A stretch of DNA of 64,000 nucleotides from Chiloscyllium plagiosum (Eukaryota). The stretch covers positions 19,397,717 through 19,461,716 of the forward strand of contig NC_057720.1 of the NCBI RefSeq assembly GCF_004010195.1, read 5' to 3'. The position numbers were made by a program, and so were the translations under genes. A model generated the notes under the pieces. The model saw only the letters and a program-made list of their open reading frames with translations. It was not told the origin of the DNA and ran no database searches. Below are positions 36,795 through 50,222 of the stretch, in pieces (position 1 is the first letter of the stretch; every line of letters starts with the position of its first letter).

Positions 36795-37516
36795 CGATAA
36801 ATGAGGTTCTACTCACATCCGCTTCAGAACCTGTTACAGAAACGGGGAGAGACTTGCAATACAACCCAAGCAAGAAAGTGAAACTATATTCTGTGATATG
36901 AAAATGAAAGACATTACCTTGTGCAGCTTTTCAATCTTATCTATATTGTAAATACTTAGTTTTAGCACTCCCAAGGTTTTGGTTTGTTTAAGCTATACTT
37001 AAAGCTCTGATCTGATCACCATCTGCAGGCATGAATTGCGAGGGTATGAATATACAAAAATAGTAAAGGTATTCAACATCATTAGGGCTGGCTTGGCTGT
37101 CTGTCTGAAGTGCCTTGCTCCATTTTTCACTTATCTCCTGTTTTGTACCCCACTGGAGTTAACACAGATTTTTTTTTTCAAAGGACGGGCTAAACCTCAC
37201 TACCAGAGAAGTGAAGGTTACTGTTGGCCACATTTACTGCCTGTGTAAGCCATTTGCTAAAACATTAGACAGGGAGGGACTGGTTACTGATAGATTTGGA
37301 CTAATACATTTAAACATTCTGGCAGAGAAGCTGAAATACAATTCATGCTCGACACTATTGTAAATATTTTGTTAATTTTACAGTTACATTGTTCAAGCAG
37401 TTCCAAGTGGATCCTGTACTTGTCCTTGTCTCCACACTGAATCAATAACAGAAACCATTTGCTGTCACATAGTCTCTTGGTTGGAAACTCCTTCATGAAT
37501 GGCAATAGCATTCTGT

Positions 37517-37687
37517 GGAGAAAGTGAGGACTGCAGATGCTGGAGATCAGAGCTGAAAAATGTGTTGCTGGAAAAGCGCAGCAGGTCAGGCAGCATCCAA
37601 GGAGTAGGAGAATCGATGTTTTGGGCATAAGCCCTTCTTCAGGTCCCTGGATGCTGCCTGACCTGCTGTGCCTTTCCAGCAACACAG
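37517..37687. mobile_element. Family-A hairpin insertion with an empty-site paralog nearby
   Basis: TSD AATAGCATTCTGT at 37504-37516 and 37688-37700; the duplicate at 38404-38644 has a single copy of this motif. Confidence 0.95.
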
Positions 37688-38403
37688 AATAGCATTCTGT
37701 GGTCAGGCAGCAGGAGGGAGGAATACTCAATAGAGCAGACGCTGCCTGTTTCAAACCCTCAGCCCATCCCCACTCACACACACAAATCATTACAGATAAG
37801 TAAACCTCCCTCAATTTAATGACTCTTCACCAGTGACTCAGACACATGCTAATTCTAAATCGCCACAGAAACAACGGAAATCTCTTAAAAACTCAGCAAG
37901 CCTATCCAACCAGTAGCTGAGAGAGTTGCTTAAAACATCCTACGTTAATTTGCCCAACTACTGTTGCATTAACTAACTTAACTCGAGATGGCAATAGAGA
38001 TGTTGCTGTTTATTTTGGTGCCTCTTATTGGAGAAGAGCTACTTACATCTATATCTACTGACCATAGATACATGGGAGGAAAGATGACATCTGATTTCGT
38101 CCACTTTTCAAAGTCGAATGACAGTCACTTACTTAGAAGTACAGATTACAAATGGGAATGGGTCATTCATCCCTTCAAGCCTGTTCCATTATTCAAGGCA
38201 ATCATGGGTAATCATCCCACACCATGACCTCGTCTCACATTTGCTCTATACTCTTTGATCCCTTTAACCTTAAATGCTATATGTAACCCATCTTTAAAAC
38301 ATGTAATGTTTTCGCCTCAACCATTTTCTGTGGCAGAGATTTCAACAGGTTCACCACTCTCTGGATAAAGAAATTTCTCCTCATCTCAATTCTAAATGGC
38401 CCC

Positions 38404-38644
38404 TGGACTAATACATTTAAACATTCTGGCAGAGAAGCTGAAATACAATTCATGCTCGACGCTATTGTAAATATTTTGTTAATTTTACAGTCACATTGAC
38501 AAGCAGTTCCAAGTGGATCCTGTATATTTGTCCTTGCCTCCACACTGAATTAATAACAGAAACCATTTGCTGTCACATAGTCTTTTGGTTGGAAACTCCT
38601 TCATGAATGGTAATAGCATTCTGTGGTCAGGCAATAGGAGGGAG
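38404..38644 (+). repeat. ~240-bp local duplicate of 37297-37720 (without the hairpin), inserted in a CR1 tail fragment
   Basis: TGGACTAATACATTTAAACATTCTGGCAGAG...GGTCAGGCA..AGGAGGGAG in both. Confidence 0.95.
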
Positions 38645-38914
38645 TGACCCCAGGTTATGGACTCCCTGATCAGTGGGAACATTCTTCCTGCATTTATCCT
38701 ATCCAGTCCTGGTAAACTTTATAGAACACCTATGATGAGTGATTATTTACATTAAGTATCAGATAGCGGACCACTACAGATGTCAATTGCTTCAGGGGAG
38801 GAGAAGGGGACAAGAATGAAGACACCAAAAGACACAACGGACAGAAAAGGCTGTGCAAATAATTCACCTGCTATGTATCCCACTCAGACAGGAGTACAGT
38901 TGTTGTGGTGCAGA

Positions 38915-39570
38915 ACTGCAACCATCAACATCCTCGGGTTACCACTGAACAGAAACCAAATTGGCCAAATATATATGTTGTGGTTACACCTGTATATCAT
39001 AGACTGGGAATTAGGCAGCAAGTAACTCACCTCCTGACTCCCCAAAGCCTGTCTATTATCTACAAGGCACAAGTCAGGAGTGTAATGGAATACTGTTCGC
39101 TTGCCTGGATGGATGCAGCTCCAAGACAAGTCAAGAAGCTCAGCACCACCTAGGACAAAGTAGACCACTTCACTCTGAACTCCATCCACCAACTTAAATA
39201 TTCACATCCTCTATCACCAGTGGAATAGAGTGTGCAGAATATCTATAGGATGCATAACAGCAACTCAAAGGGCCTTCCACAGTACCATTTCAAAGGACAA
39301 GGGCAGCAGATACATAGAACCACTACCACCTTCAAGTTCCCTTCCAAGCCACTCACCATCCTGACTTGGAAATATATTGCCATTCCTTCAGTGTTGCTGG
39401 GTCAAAATCCTGGAAGTCCCTTCTAACGGCATTGTGGGTCTACCTACAGTATACAGACTGCATAGTTCAGGGAGATAGCTCACCACCACCTTCTCAAGGG
39501 CAATTATTGTTGTGCAATAAATGTTGGCCCAGCCAGCTACACCCATCTCCCCAGAATGAATTAAAGAAAA
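38915..39570 (+). mobile_element. L2/CR1-group LINE 3' region
   Basis: LLTPQSLSIIYKAQVRSVMEYCSLAW. Confidence 0.75.
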
Positions 39571-40594
39571 ACTGCAGTCTTTTCTCCAAAATATGTCCAC
39601 TTATGGTAAAACTGAAGGTTCTGGGTTCAGCCAGAGAAACATGCAGCGCCTGCCATGGGCAGACACGGTATTTTGTAATAGTGAACCAACAAATCAAGGA
39701 GTTAGTTGCTCAAATCCTACCATGACAAAATGATGTAACTGAATTCAATAAAATCTGACAGTTTACAGATTAAAAACCAAGAATTAAAACGCTAGGTTAT
39801 TTTTTCAACTTGAATTGATCACCTGCTACCTCCCTGACCACACCTGCTCAGTCTAGCCTATAGATTAAAGGAAAGACTAGCATTTTTATAACCTCGACCA
39901 GGATGTTTTCAAAACAATGAATATAGATTTCTGCCAGTGTTTGGAGCAATATTGCTGACAGAGTGTTCATGGAAATGCTGGGATTATAGTTTGGGATACA
40001 GTTGATCAGTTTTGTTGCATCAGAAATTCAGCTCAAACAGAGGGGCTGGGAGTTTGCATCTGCTGGACAAGGATCAGAACAGAATAACGACAATATTTTA
40101 ATGAAACCATCAGACAGTGATGTCTCAGCTGTCTACTGAACCAGCAGTGTCTCACACCTCAGTAGCAAAAGCTACATGGCCATTCAATCATGGCGTCCAA
40201 GGGGCAGTTGCAAGATCAGTTCATCATCCCTTTGTGAGCTTCTATGTCTCAGTTATGTGAACGGGGAGGATGAGGAACAACAGAAACTTAAAAGCCAAAC
40301 CTGTGAAACCCAAAAACCTGCCGAACCAACAGACCAGGACCACTGCCTAAAACCAGTGCGAAGGAGGCACATGATCACTCCACCTTTGACACGGAAGAGT
40401 TGGTTCCTGTTACACCCTGAGAGAGTCAGAAATATAGAAGCTGTCAGCATCGCAAGTACGTGCAGTGTTGCACTTTCAGAAAAAGGTAAAAAAGAATTAA
40501 TTAAATAACAACATAAAGTACCTAAACCATTTTGTAAGAGTTCATTGCACCTGCAGTTTCATCTTGAAAGTTAAACTAAAAAAAAAATTAGTGG

Positions 40595-40865
40595 ACTCCG
40601 TGATTAGCACTGCAGCCTCACAGCACCAGGGACATGGGTTCAATTCCTCCCTCGGGCAACTGTCTGCATGGAGTTTTCACATTCTCCCCGTGTCTACGTG
40701 GATTTCTGCTAGGTGCTCCACAGTCCAAAGATGTGCAGGTTAGGTGGATTGACCATGGTAAATTATCCATAGTGTTCAGGGATGTATGGGTCAGGTGCGT
40801 TAGCCATGGGAAATGCAGAGTAGGGGGATGAGTCTAGGTGGGATGTTCTTTGGAGGTCAGTGTGG
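40595..40865 (+). mobile_element. HE1-type V-SINE
   Basis: TTAGCACTGCAGCCTCACAGCACCAGGGAC..GGTTCAATTCC plus core. Confidence 0.85.
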
Positions 40866-41069
40866 AGGATGCCCCAAAGCACTTTATACCCTCTTTTCAA
40901 GTGTTGTCCCTGTTGCGTTGTAGGAAATACAGCTGTGCATATTTAAATCCAGTTGAAACAGCAATGTGATAATGATTAGCTAATGGGTTTTTGGTTTGGG
41001 ATGAATCTTGGTCAGGAACCAGGGAGAGTTTGGTTCTTTGAAATTGTACTACAGGACCTAAGACAGTTG

Positions 41070-42795
41070 GTATAGAGTCATAGAGATGTACAGCACCGAA
41101 ACAGACCCTTCGTTCCAACACATCCATGCCGACCAGATATCCTAAACTAATCTAGTTCCATTTGCCAGGACTTGGCAAAATATCTCTCTAAACCTTTCCT
41201 ATTCATGCACCCACCTAGATACCTTTTAAATATTTTAATTGTACCAGTCTCCACCACTTTCTCCGGCAGCACATTCCATACACACACCACCCTATAGAAT
41301 CATAGAGATATGCAGCACAGAAGCAGACCCTTCAGTCCAACTCGTCCATGCCAACCAGATATCCCACCACAATCTAGTCCCATCTTCCTGCAGCAGGTCC
41401 ATATCCCTCCAAACCCTTCCTATTTAGATGCCTTTTAAATGTTGCAATTGTACTAGCCTCCACCACTTCCTCTGGCAGCTCATTCCAGTCAGGCAGCATC
41501 CAGGGAACAGGAGATTCGACGTTTCGGGCACAGGCCCTTCTTCAGGAATGTTGCAATTGTACTAGCCTCCACCACTTCCTCTGGCAGCTCATTCCACACA
41601 CATATCACCCTCTGCATGAAAAAGTTGCCCCTTGGGTCTCTTTTATATCTTTCCCCTCTCAGCCTAAACCTATGCCCTCTAGTTCTGGACTCCCTACCCA
41701 TGCCCCTCATGAAAGGTTTATAAACCTCTGTAAGGTCACCCCTCAGCCTTTGACACACCAGGGAAAGCAGCCCCGGCCTATTCAACCTCTACCTGTAGCT
41801 CAAATCCGCCTTGCGTGAAAACGTTGCCCCTTTGGTCCCTTTTAAATCCTTCCCCTCTCACCCAAAACCTAGGCCCTCTAGTTCTGGAGACCCCAAGCCA
41901 GGGAAAAGACCTTGTCTATTTATCCTATCCATGCCCCTCATGGTTGTATAAACCTTTATACAGTCACCCCTCAGTCTCTGAAGCTCCAGGAAAATCTTTC
42001 CTTTATTGGTGAGAGATCAGGTATAGGAGTTGGGAGGTCATGTTGTGGCTGTACAGAACATTGGTTAGTGTGGTCAGGCAGCATCCGAGGAGCAGGAAAA
42101 TCAACGTTTCGGGCAAAAGCCATACATGTAACACCCTTGATGAAGGGCTTTTGCCCGAAATGTCAATTTTCCTGCACTTTGGATGCTGCCTGACTTGCTG
42201 TGCTTTTCCAGCACCACTCTAATCTTGACTCTGGTTTCCGGCATGTGCAGTCCTCACTTTTGCCTATGACATTGGTTAGGCCACTTTTGGAATATTGTGT
42301 GCAATTCTGGTCTCCTTGCTGTAGGAAGGCATGTTGTGTAACTTGAAAGGGTTCAGAAGACATTTACAAGGATGTTGCCAAGGTTGGAGGGTTTGAGCTA
42401 AAGGGAGAGGATGAATAGGCTGGGGCTGTTTTCCCTGGAGCTTTGGAGGCTGAGGAGTGACCTTATAAAAGGTTTATAAAATCATGAAGGACATGTATAG
42501 GGTAAATAGACAAAGTCTTATCATGGGGTGGGGGGTTTGCCCAGAACTAAAGGGCATAGGTTTAGGGTGAGAGGGGAAAATTTAAAAGGGACCTAAGGAG
42601 CAACCTTTTCACGCAAAGGGCGGTGCATGGATGGAATTACAACATTTTAATGGATGGGTAAATGAATAGGAAGGGTTTAGAGGGGTATGGGCCAAGTGCT
42701 GGCAAATGGGACTAGACTAGTTTAGGATATCTGGTCAGCATGGACAAGTGAGACTGAAGGGTGAGTTCCGTGCTGTACATCTCAATGACTCTGTG
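41070..42795. mobile_element. Cluster of CR1 3' fragments on both strands, with family-A inserts at 41488-41546 and 42069-42268, interrupting a Deu-SINE
   Basis: Repeated GAGTCATAGAGATGTACAGC tails; TSD ACATTGGTTAG at 42058-42068 and 42269-42279. Confidence 0.85.
41514..41549 (-). ncRNA. Minimal type-I hammerhead ribozyme motif (family A)
   Basis: auuc-CUGAAGA-aGGGC cugu GCCC-GAA-ACGU-C^-gaau: stem I, stem II, palindromic ACGU and GUC triplet. Confidence 0.8.
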
Positions 42796-44084
42796 ACAGA
42801 TAGGGCCTTGGTTTAACATCTCATCTGAAAGTCAGCACCTCTGATTAGTGCAACACTCACTCACTGCTGCACTAGAGTGTTGGTCTGGATTTTACACTCA
42901 ATTCTCTGAAGGGGAACCTGAATCTTCACCTTTTTGCTCTAGAGAGACAGGACTATCATGGCTATCATCTACAAATACAATTACTCAGACTCTCAATGGA
43001 GAGTGAGAAACAACTGTAGGAGCTGTTTAGTTATAAAACCAGCACCGAGAAACAAGTCATGCACAATAAATATGGCCTTGTCAGAATTGCCTCTAAACTG
43101 ACAGTCAGTGTTTAGCTGCAACAAAATATAACATCAGACTTTGTGTTTTTATTTGGAACATGACTAGCTGATAAGCTGGCTCTTCTACATTGTTGCCATA
43201 TTACAGACCTTGAAATGAAGGGGATAAAACTACAAGAAAATCTACAAAAAACAAAACAAGGACAGTCATTCTGCAATCAGTAAGTCCTGGATTGTTTCTA
43301 TTTGTACACTGCAGCAGTGTCTGCTCATTCATCACTTAATGGGTCCTCTCAACGGGTTTTCTTGAGGTGAATTATGTGTACCACAGGGGCACACTGATAC
43401 ATCAGGCCAAAAGAATTGCCCTTAATATGTAATTCTTGACAGTGAATGGGAACAAGCTACTCAAATACTCCAGTTTATCATTATTTTACACAATCCTGTG
43501 TTCAGATGCTCCTTGTGCATTTTCTGGGTCAGTGAGCTCCCAATGCAAGCAGGAAGCCCAGGTAATTGTTCTGGTCTCTCTGGTTCACACATGCTGAAGT
43601 TTGTTTATATGGACCATTTTGCATCAGTAGCTCTGTATCACATGAAAGGATACATTCACCTGCTCAGTCAGTAAAGATTTAAATGTTTATGCTGCAGTTT
43701 AATAATTAACATCTGACCCATCTACATTCAACCCACCAGCATTTGCACAATTGATCATGGTATTATTTCTGCATGATGAAAGCCCTATCACCATCATCGA
43801 TTTGGTTCCTTCTAACACTGAAATCGCCAGTTTATATCGATGCGGACAGAGCGCTTCAAAGCTACCTTTTAACACGCATGACTTCCAAATCCATCATTCA
43901 CACAACTGTGTAAACTCTCATACTCTCACAAGCTGTCATTACTCTTTAACTAATCCAGAATTTTCACAAAATTATCAGCAAGTAACGTTTTCCTCCAATC
44001 CACAACACTTCACAGATTAGAAGATTTAGGATTTAAGGGGCAACTTTTTCGCACAGAGGGTAGTGTGTGTATGGAATGAGCTCC

Positions 44085-45800
44085 CAATGGCCTTTGCGTG
44101 GAACCACAGAAAATGGGGGAGATACTGAATGAATATTTTGCATCAGTACTTACTGTGAAAAAGGATATGGAAGATATAGACTGAAGGGAAATAGATGGTG
44201 ACATCTTGCAAAATGTCCAGATTACAGAGCAGGAAGTGCTGGATGTCTTGAAATGGTAAAAGGTGGATAAATCCCCAGGACCTGATCAGATGTACCCAAG
44301 AACTCTGTGGGAAGCTAGAGAAATGATTGCTGGGCCTCTTGTTGAGATATTTGTATCATCGATAGTTACAGGTGAGGTGCCGGAAGACTGGAGGTAGGCA
44401 GACGTGGTGCCACTATTTAAGAAGGGTGGTAAAGACAAGCCAGGGAACTATAGACTGGTGAGCCTGACCTCAGTGGTGGGCAAGTTGTTGGAGGGAATCC
44501 TGAGGGACAGGATGTACATGTATTTGGAAAGGCAAGGACTGATTAGGGATAGTCAACATGGCTTTGTGCGTGGGAAATTATGTCTAACAAACTTGATTGA
44601 AGAAGTTTTTGAAGAAGTCACAAAGAAAATTAATGAGGGCAGAGCAGTAGATGTGATCTACATGGACTTCAGTAAGGCGTTCGACAAGGTTCCCCATGGG
44701 AGACTGATTAGCAAGGTTAGATCTCATAGAATACAGGGAGAACTAGTTGGATACAGAACTGGCTCAAAGGTAGAAGACAGAGGGTGGTGTTGGAGGGTTG
44801 TTTTTCAGACTGGAGGCCTGTGACCAGTGGAGTGCCACAAGGATCGGTGCTGGGTCGTCTACTTTTTGTCATTTACATAAATGATTTGGATGCGGGCATA
44901 AGAGGTACAGTTAGTAAGTTTGCAGATGACACCAAAATTGGAGGTGTAGTCTGGACCAGATGGGCCAATGGGCTGAGAAATGGCAGATGGAGTTTGATTC
45001 AGATAAATGCGAGGTGCTGCATTTTGGGAAACCAAATCTTAGCTGGCCTTATACACTTAATGGTAAGGTCCTGGGGAGTGTTGCTGAACAAAGAGACCTT
45101 GGAGTGCAGGTTCATAGCTCCTTGAAAGTGGAGTCGCAGGTGAATAGGATAGTGAAGGCGGCATTTGGTATGCTTTCCTTTATTGGTCAGAGTATTGAGT
45201 ACAGGAGTTGGGAGGTCATGATGCGGCTTTACAGGACATTGGTTAGGCCACTATTGGAATATTGCATGCAATTATGGTCTCCTTCCTATTGGAAAGATGT
45301 TGTGAAACTTGAAAGAGTTCAGAAAAGATTTACAAAGATGTTGCCAGGGTTGAAGGATTTGAGCTACAGGGAGAGGCTGAACATGCTGGGGCTGTTTCCC
45401 TGGAGCATCTGAGGCTGAGGGGTGACCTTATAGAGGTTTACAAAATTATGAGGGGCATGGATAGGATGATTAGACAAAGTCTTTTTCCTGGGGTCAGGGA
45501 GTCCAGAACTAGAGGGCATAGGTTTAGGGTGAGAGGGGAAAGATATAAAAGAGACCTAAGGGGCAACGTTTTCACACAGAGGATGGTACGTGTATGGAAT
45601 GAGCTACCAGAGGATGTGGTGGAGGCTGGTTCAATTGCAACATTTAATAGGCATTTGGATGGGTATATGAATAGGAAGGGTTTGGAGGGATATGGGCCGG
45701 GTGCTGGCAGGTGGGACTAGATTGGGTTGGGATATCTGGTCGGCATGGACAGATTGGACCGAAGGTTCTGTTTCCCTGCTATACATCTCTATGACTTTAT
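44085..45800 (+). mobile_element. 5'-truncated CR1 LINE with RT domain, frameshifted and internally deleted
   Basis: [36 protein letters not shown] and KFADDTK motifs split over several ORFs. Confidence 0.95.
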
Positions 45801-48659
45801 GGAAGTCCTTGGGAGAAGCCTGGGACATTTGCAACATTTGCAACATTTAACAAGCATCTGAATGGATATATGAATAGGAAGGGTTGAGAGGAACATGGGC
45901 CATGTGCTGGCAAATGGGACTAGATTAGGTTAGGATATCAGGTCGGCATGGATGAGTTGGACCAAAGCGTCTGTTTCCGTTCTGTATATCCATTTTGACT
46001 CTATGACTCTGCGTCAAAGGAATCATCAGTACTTGCAGGTTTGTGGTCAATTGCTTTATATTGGAGTTTGCTAAGATTTTTGAAGCCTTTGGTGCTTTCT
46101 AGAGTTCTTTCAATTCAGGTCATTGGGATTAGGCTCCTAGATTAGATCATCCCATGATCATCTGGTTCCATCACTGTCACAAAGTCTATCTGGACAGCCT
46201 TCTGGCTTCCTATGGATAGGTACGATCGCTCTTCTTCTGCAGGGCTACACTGGAACATCTTGCAGCATGTTCTCCTCCATACATTATTAAGTGTCCAGAT
46301 GAGCATCACTTTTAAAATGCATTCCAGCACTTGCAGCAGCCACCATGCACTCTCCTTTAAGAGATAATGATTGGTTTAAATCAAGTAGACTAACTTTATC
46401 ACATGCTGCCTTTTCACTATTGTGTACCCTCAGTCGTGCACTTGGTGGTGCCTTTATCGAACAATCATTTAACTCAACAGCAGCATGACATTTATAAGCT
46501 GTCAGCATCAGAAGCAATTGGTGCCAAATTATTCTGTATTATAATACAGTACCTGTTTTTGGACTCTATGTGAAGAACCTTACAGAATACAAAGAGGCCA
46601 TTTGGCCCATCATGTCTGTTTTTGCTATTTGAAAGAGCTATCCAATTGGTGTCACAACTTGCACTCTGACTGAAATACCTCCTTTTCAAGTATTTCTCCA
46701 ATTCTCTTTTGAAAGTTACTCCAGACTCCGTTTCAACCATCTTTTATTGTTGCATAACACTATTTCTCATTGTCTCTCTTTTGGTCCTTTTAACAATTAT
46801 CTTAAAGTCGTACACTCACTCTCTGACTTCACTGACAGTAGTACTAATTTCTCCTTGCTCTTATCAATTCCCTTCACAGTTATTACACACCTCTATTAAA
46901 TCTCCTCTTAACTTGCTCTGTTCTAAAGAAAAAATCCCAGGCTTCTCCCAAGGTTTCTGTAAAACTAACATCCTACACCCTAATACATTCCAATAAATTT
47001 CCAATACCTTCTGCGAAGCTTTGACATCCTTCCTGAAGTTCAACAGCTAGAGCTGCACATAGTTGAGTTTTACCTAATGATTTGCAAATGTTTACTATAA
47101 CTTCAGTTCTGTACTCATGTTTTTAATTTATAAAGTCAAGGACCATGCATACTTTACTTGCAGCCTTATAAAATTTGCCTGCCAACTTCAAAGTATAACG
47201 TAAGTTGATAAATATGAATATTACCATCAGACTAACCAGCACCCAACCAAACTTTCACTTATCTTCAAACTTTTTTTTTCTGTTTCTCCATGGGTGTTTT
47301 CTCATCAGGTTAATGCCTCTTAACTGGATATAGCTTGAGAAATACTTTTTATATATTCACTTATGCAACATTGGTATCGTTGGCCAGCATTTCTTGCCTG
47401 TCCCTATTTGCCCTTGAGAAGTTGTTGGTGTGCTGCATTCTTAAACCGCTGCAGTTTTAAGCATCGAGTAGCTGGCCGATTTCAGAATCCGAGAGTTTTC
47501 AGTGATTGACAAAGAGCGATTTTCAAATACACATCGACTGATCATTTTCAGACATGTGCAATGCTAGCTGAGAGTCAATTGTGCAATCTGATCCTTGGAA
47601 TTCTGCTACTGCTTATCTGCTGTCGTGGCATGCTGCCCTTTTGTGCTTCCTCTGTTACAGATCACCCAGCACCAATCTGTGACATCCATCAAGCAACTCT
47701 ACTCTCAAGTCAAACTCTTGCTCTGCTGCTCTCCACTTTACCCCTGTCGAACAGATCACTGTAGCCTTTCAATTCTGACTAAATGGCTGAAATACTGACA
47801 TTTTATTTTCAGGATTTTTAAGATTTTGTTTTAAAGCTTTGCAATTTCAAACACCTCTTCCATTGTCTTATGTCTACACTGATGTGTACACCGATAAGTA
47901 AAATGTGAATATATTTAATATTAACTCAGCTTTTTAAGGATTGTTGTAATCTTCTCATAGGTGTGGTTTCTGCCTCTGATTGGTGTGGCATTAATGTTAT
48001 GAACTACATTGGCCCAAGCAGGTCTTGCTGCACACAGGGATGGACAGCTTATTTGGCTGAGAGATGGCGAATGGAACTGCACATTGCACAAAGCAGACAG
48101 TCTCAATGTCTGACCTGATGATGGAGTGGCTCTTGTGATTATCCACTTGCACTCTGACTGAAATTTGTTGTGAAGACTTCAACTTTATTTTTTACACTCA
48201 AATATTTGATTCCATTATCACTGAGAAATATTATACTGACACAACAGGGCATTGTGCTTAGAATAAAAACAGCACAATGTACTTGCATTATGATAAATAT
48301 TACAGTGTACTGGTACACTTTGTGCTGTCCTTATTCCCATTTACAGTAAGTGTTTGGCCTGATGTTTACTTGAGTGATAACTATGTGTTTATGTCACCAT
48401 AAATAGCAGCTATTTAGTCAAAAGGAAATCTAGCTCAATTGTTGCTAATGATCATTAGCCCATGCAAGTGTACCTTACGAACATCAGGTACCAAGAGGAA
48501 AGAGCTTGCTAATGATCTTCTCAAGCCCATGACCCAACTTGTAGCTCAAATGTTTATAAGCCTCCATTGTCTTATCAACAGAACATCACTGGACTGGATC
48601 ACATCATTCCCCCAGCAGCTCCTTCAGCCTAAAGACTTCAGGCTTAATCCCAGACAGAT

Positions 48660-49750
48660 TAGAACATAGAACATAGAACATAGAAGAATACAGCGCAGTA
48701 CAGGCCCTTGGGCCCTCGATGTTGCGCCGATCCAAGCCCACCTAAACTACACTAACCCACTATCCTCCATATACCTATCCAATGCCCTCTTAAATGCCCA
48801 TAAAGGTCCTTCTTGTATTAATCTCTGTCTCGTCCTTTGGAATTTTGTGTTGTGCAATCCTCCCTCATTCCCCTAAACTCCATGAATATAGTCCTAATTG
48901 ATCCAATCTCTCCTCGTGGCCGTTGTCCCTCCAGGAATCCGTTTGGTAAACCTTTGCTCCACTGCTTTGTGTCCTCGGGTCAGTGAGGACATAATGGCCT
49001 GGCTTGTTTTCAGAGTGGGTGGTGCACAGACACAGAGCTGGGACTTGAGCAGGTTACGAAATAGACAATGCAAAGAACTTTTGTGGTAAAATTGCAAAGG
49101 TTGTAGGATTTGGTCAAAAGAGTAAACCCAGTGACCATGTAGCCTGAGCTTTAACTCTGAACACCTTCCATGTTCATTGAGGGTGAGTTGGAGGTTTGGA
49201 TTTGAATTGGCTGGATGGAAGAAGACAGAGGGTAGTAGTTGATGGCAAAGTTTCTTCATGGAGTGCCGTCACTAGCGGTGTTCCGCAAGGATTTGTTTTA
49301 CGACCATTGCTGTTTGTCATTTATAAAAATGACAAACAGCAATGGTCCCAAAACAGATCCTTGCGGAACACCGCTAGTGACGGCACTCCATGAAGAAACT
49401 TTGCCATCAACTACTACCCTCTGTCTTCTTCCATCCAGCCAATTCCTAATCCAAACCTCCAACTCACCCTCTATGCCATATCTCCGTATTTTCTGCAGTA
49501 GCTTACCATGGGGAACCTTATCAAACGCCTTACTAAAATCCATATATACCACATCTACCGCTTTCCCCTCATCAACCTCCTTCGTCACCTTTTCAAAGAA
49601 TTCAATAAGGTTTGTGAGGCACGACTTGCCCTTCACAAAACCATGCTGACTATCCTTGATCACATTATTCCTATCCAGATGTGCATAAATCCTATCCCTT
49701 ACAATTCTCTCTAAGACTTTGCCCACAACAGAAGTGAGACTCACCGGCCT
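48660..49750 (-). mobile_element. Rearranged CR1: (TTCTATG)n tail, unrelated filler, fold-back palindrome and RT fragment
   Basis: Arms 49179-49322 and 49327-49471; - strand [32 protein letters not shown]. Confidence 0.9.
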
Positions 49751-50099
49751 CCTGCCCCTTTCCTTAAATCTATGTCCCGGTTCTTCCTGTATACGCTATC
49801 GATTACTTGATTGTTGAGATGTTTAAATCCCACCTGATTTGATTATTCAGTTGGAATTATTTAAATGTTTTCTGATCCAGCTTGACTTCTACTGTAAACT
49901 TTCTAACCTCAGCATGTACTACAGCTAGTCATCTATCTTTTGCATTAAAAAAAATTCACCTTATGCATTCTGAGTTCTATATGATGAATTTCCTCATCTT
50001 ACTATATAACATACTGTACACCCCTTTATAAATGGTACTTTGGCAATTTTCTGGCAGAGAATGTACTGAAAAAAAAATCTTGCCACAAATAAGCTGGTT

Positions 50100-50222
50100 C
50101 TTCTTGATGAAGGAGCGGCACACCGAAAGCTAGTGCTTCCAAATAAACCTGTCGAACTATAACCCTGGGTTGAGAGATTTTTAACTTTGCACATCCCAGT
50201 CCAACACCGGCACCCCCAAATA
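50100..50222 (+). mobile_element. Family-D PLE terminal fragment with hammerhead remnant
   Basis: TTGATGAAGGAGCGGCACACCGAAAGCTAGTGCTTCCAAATAAACCTGT. Confidence 0.8.
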
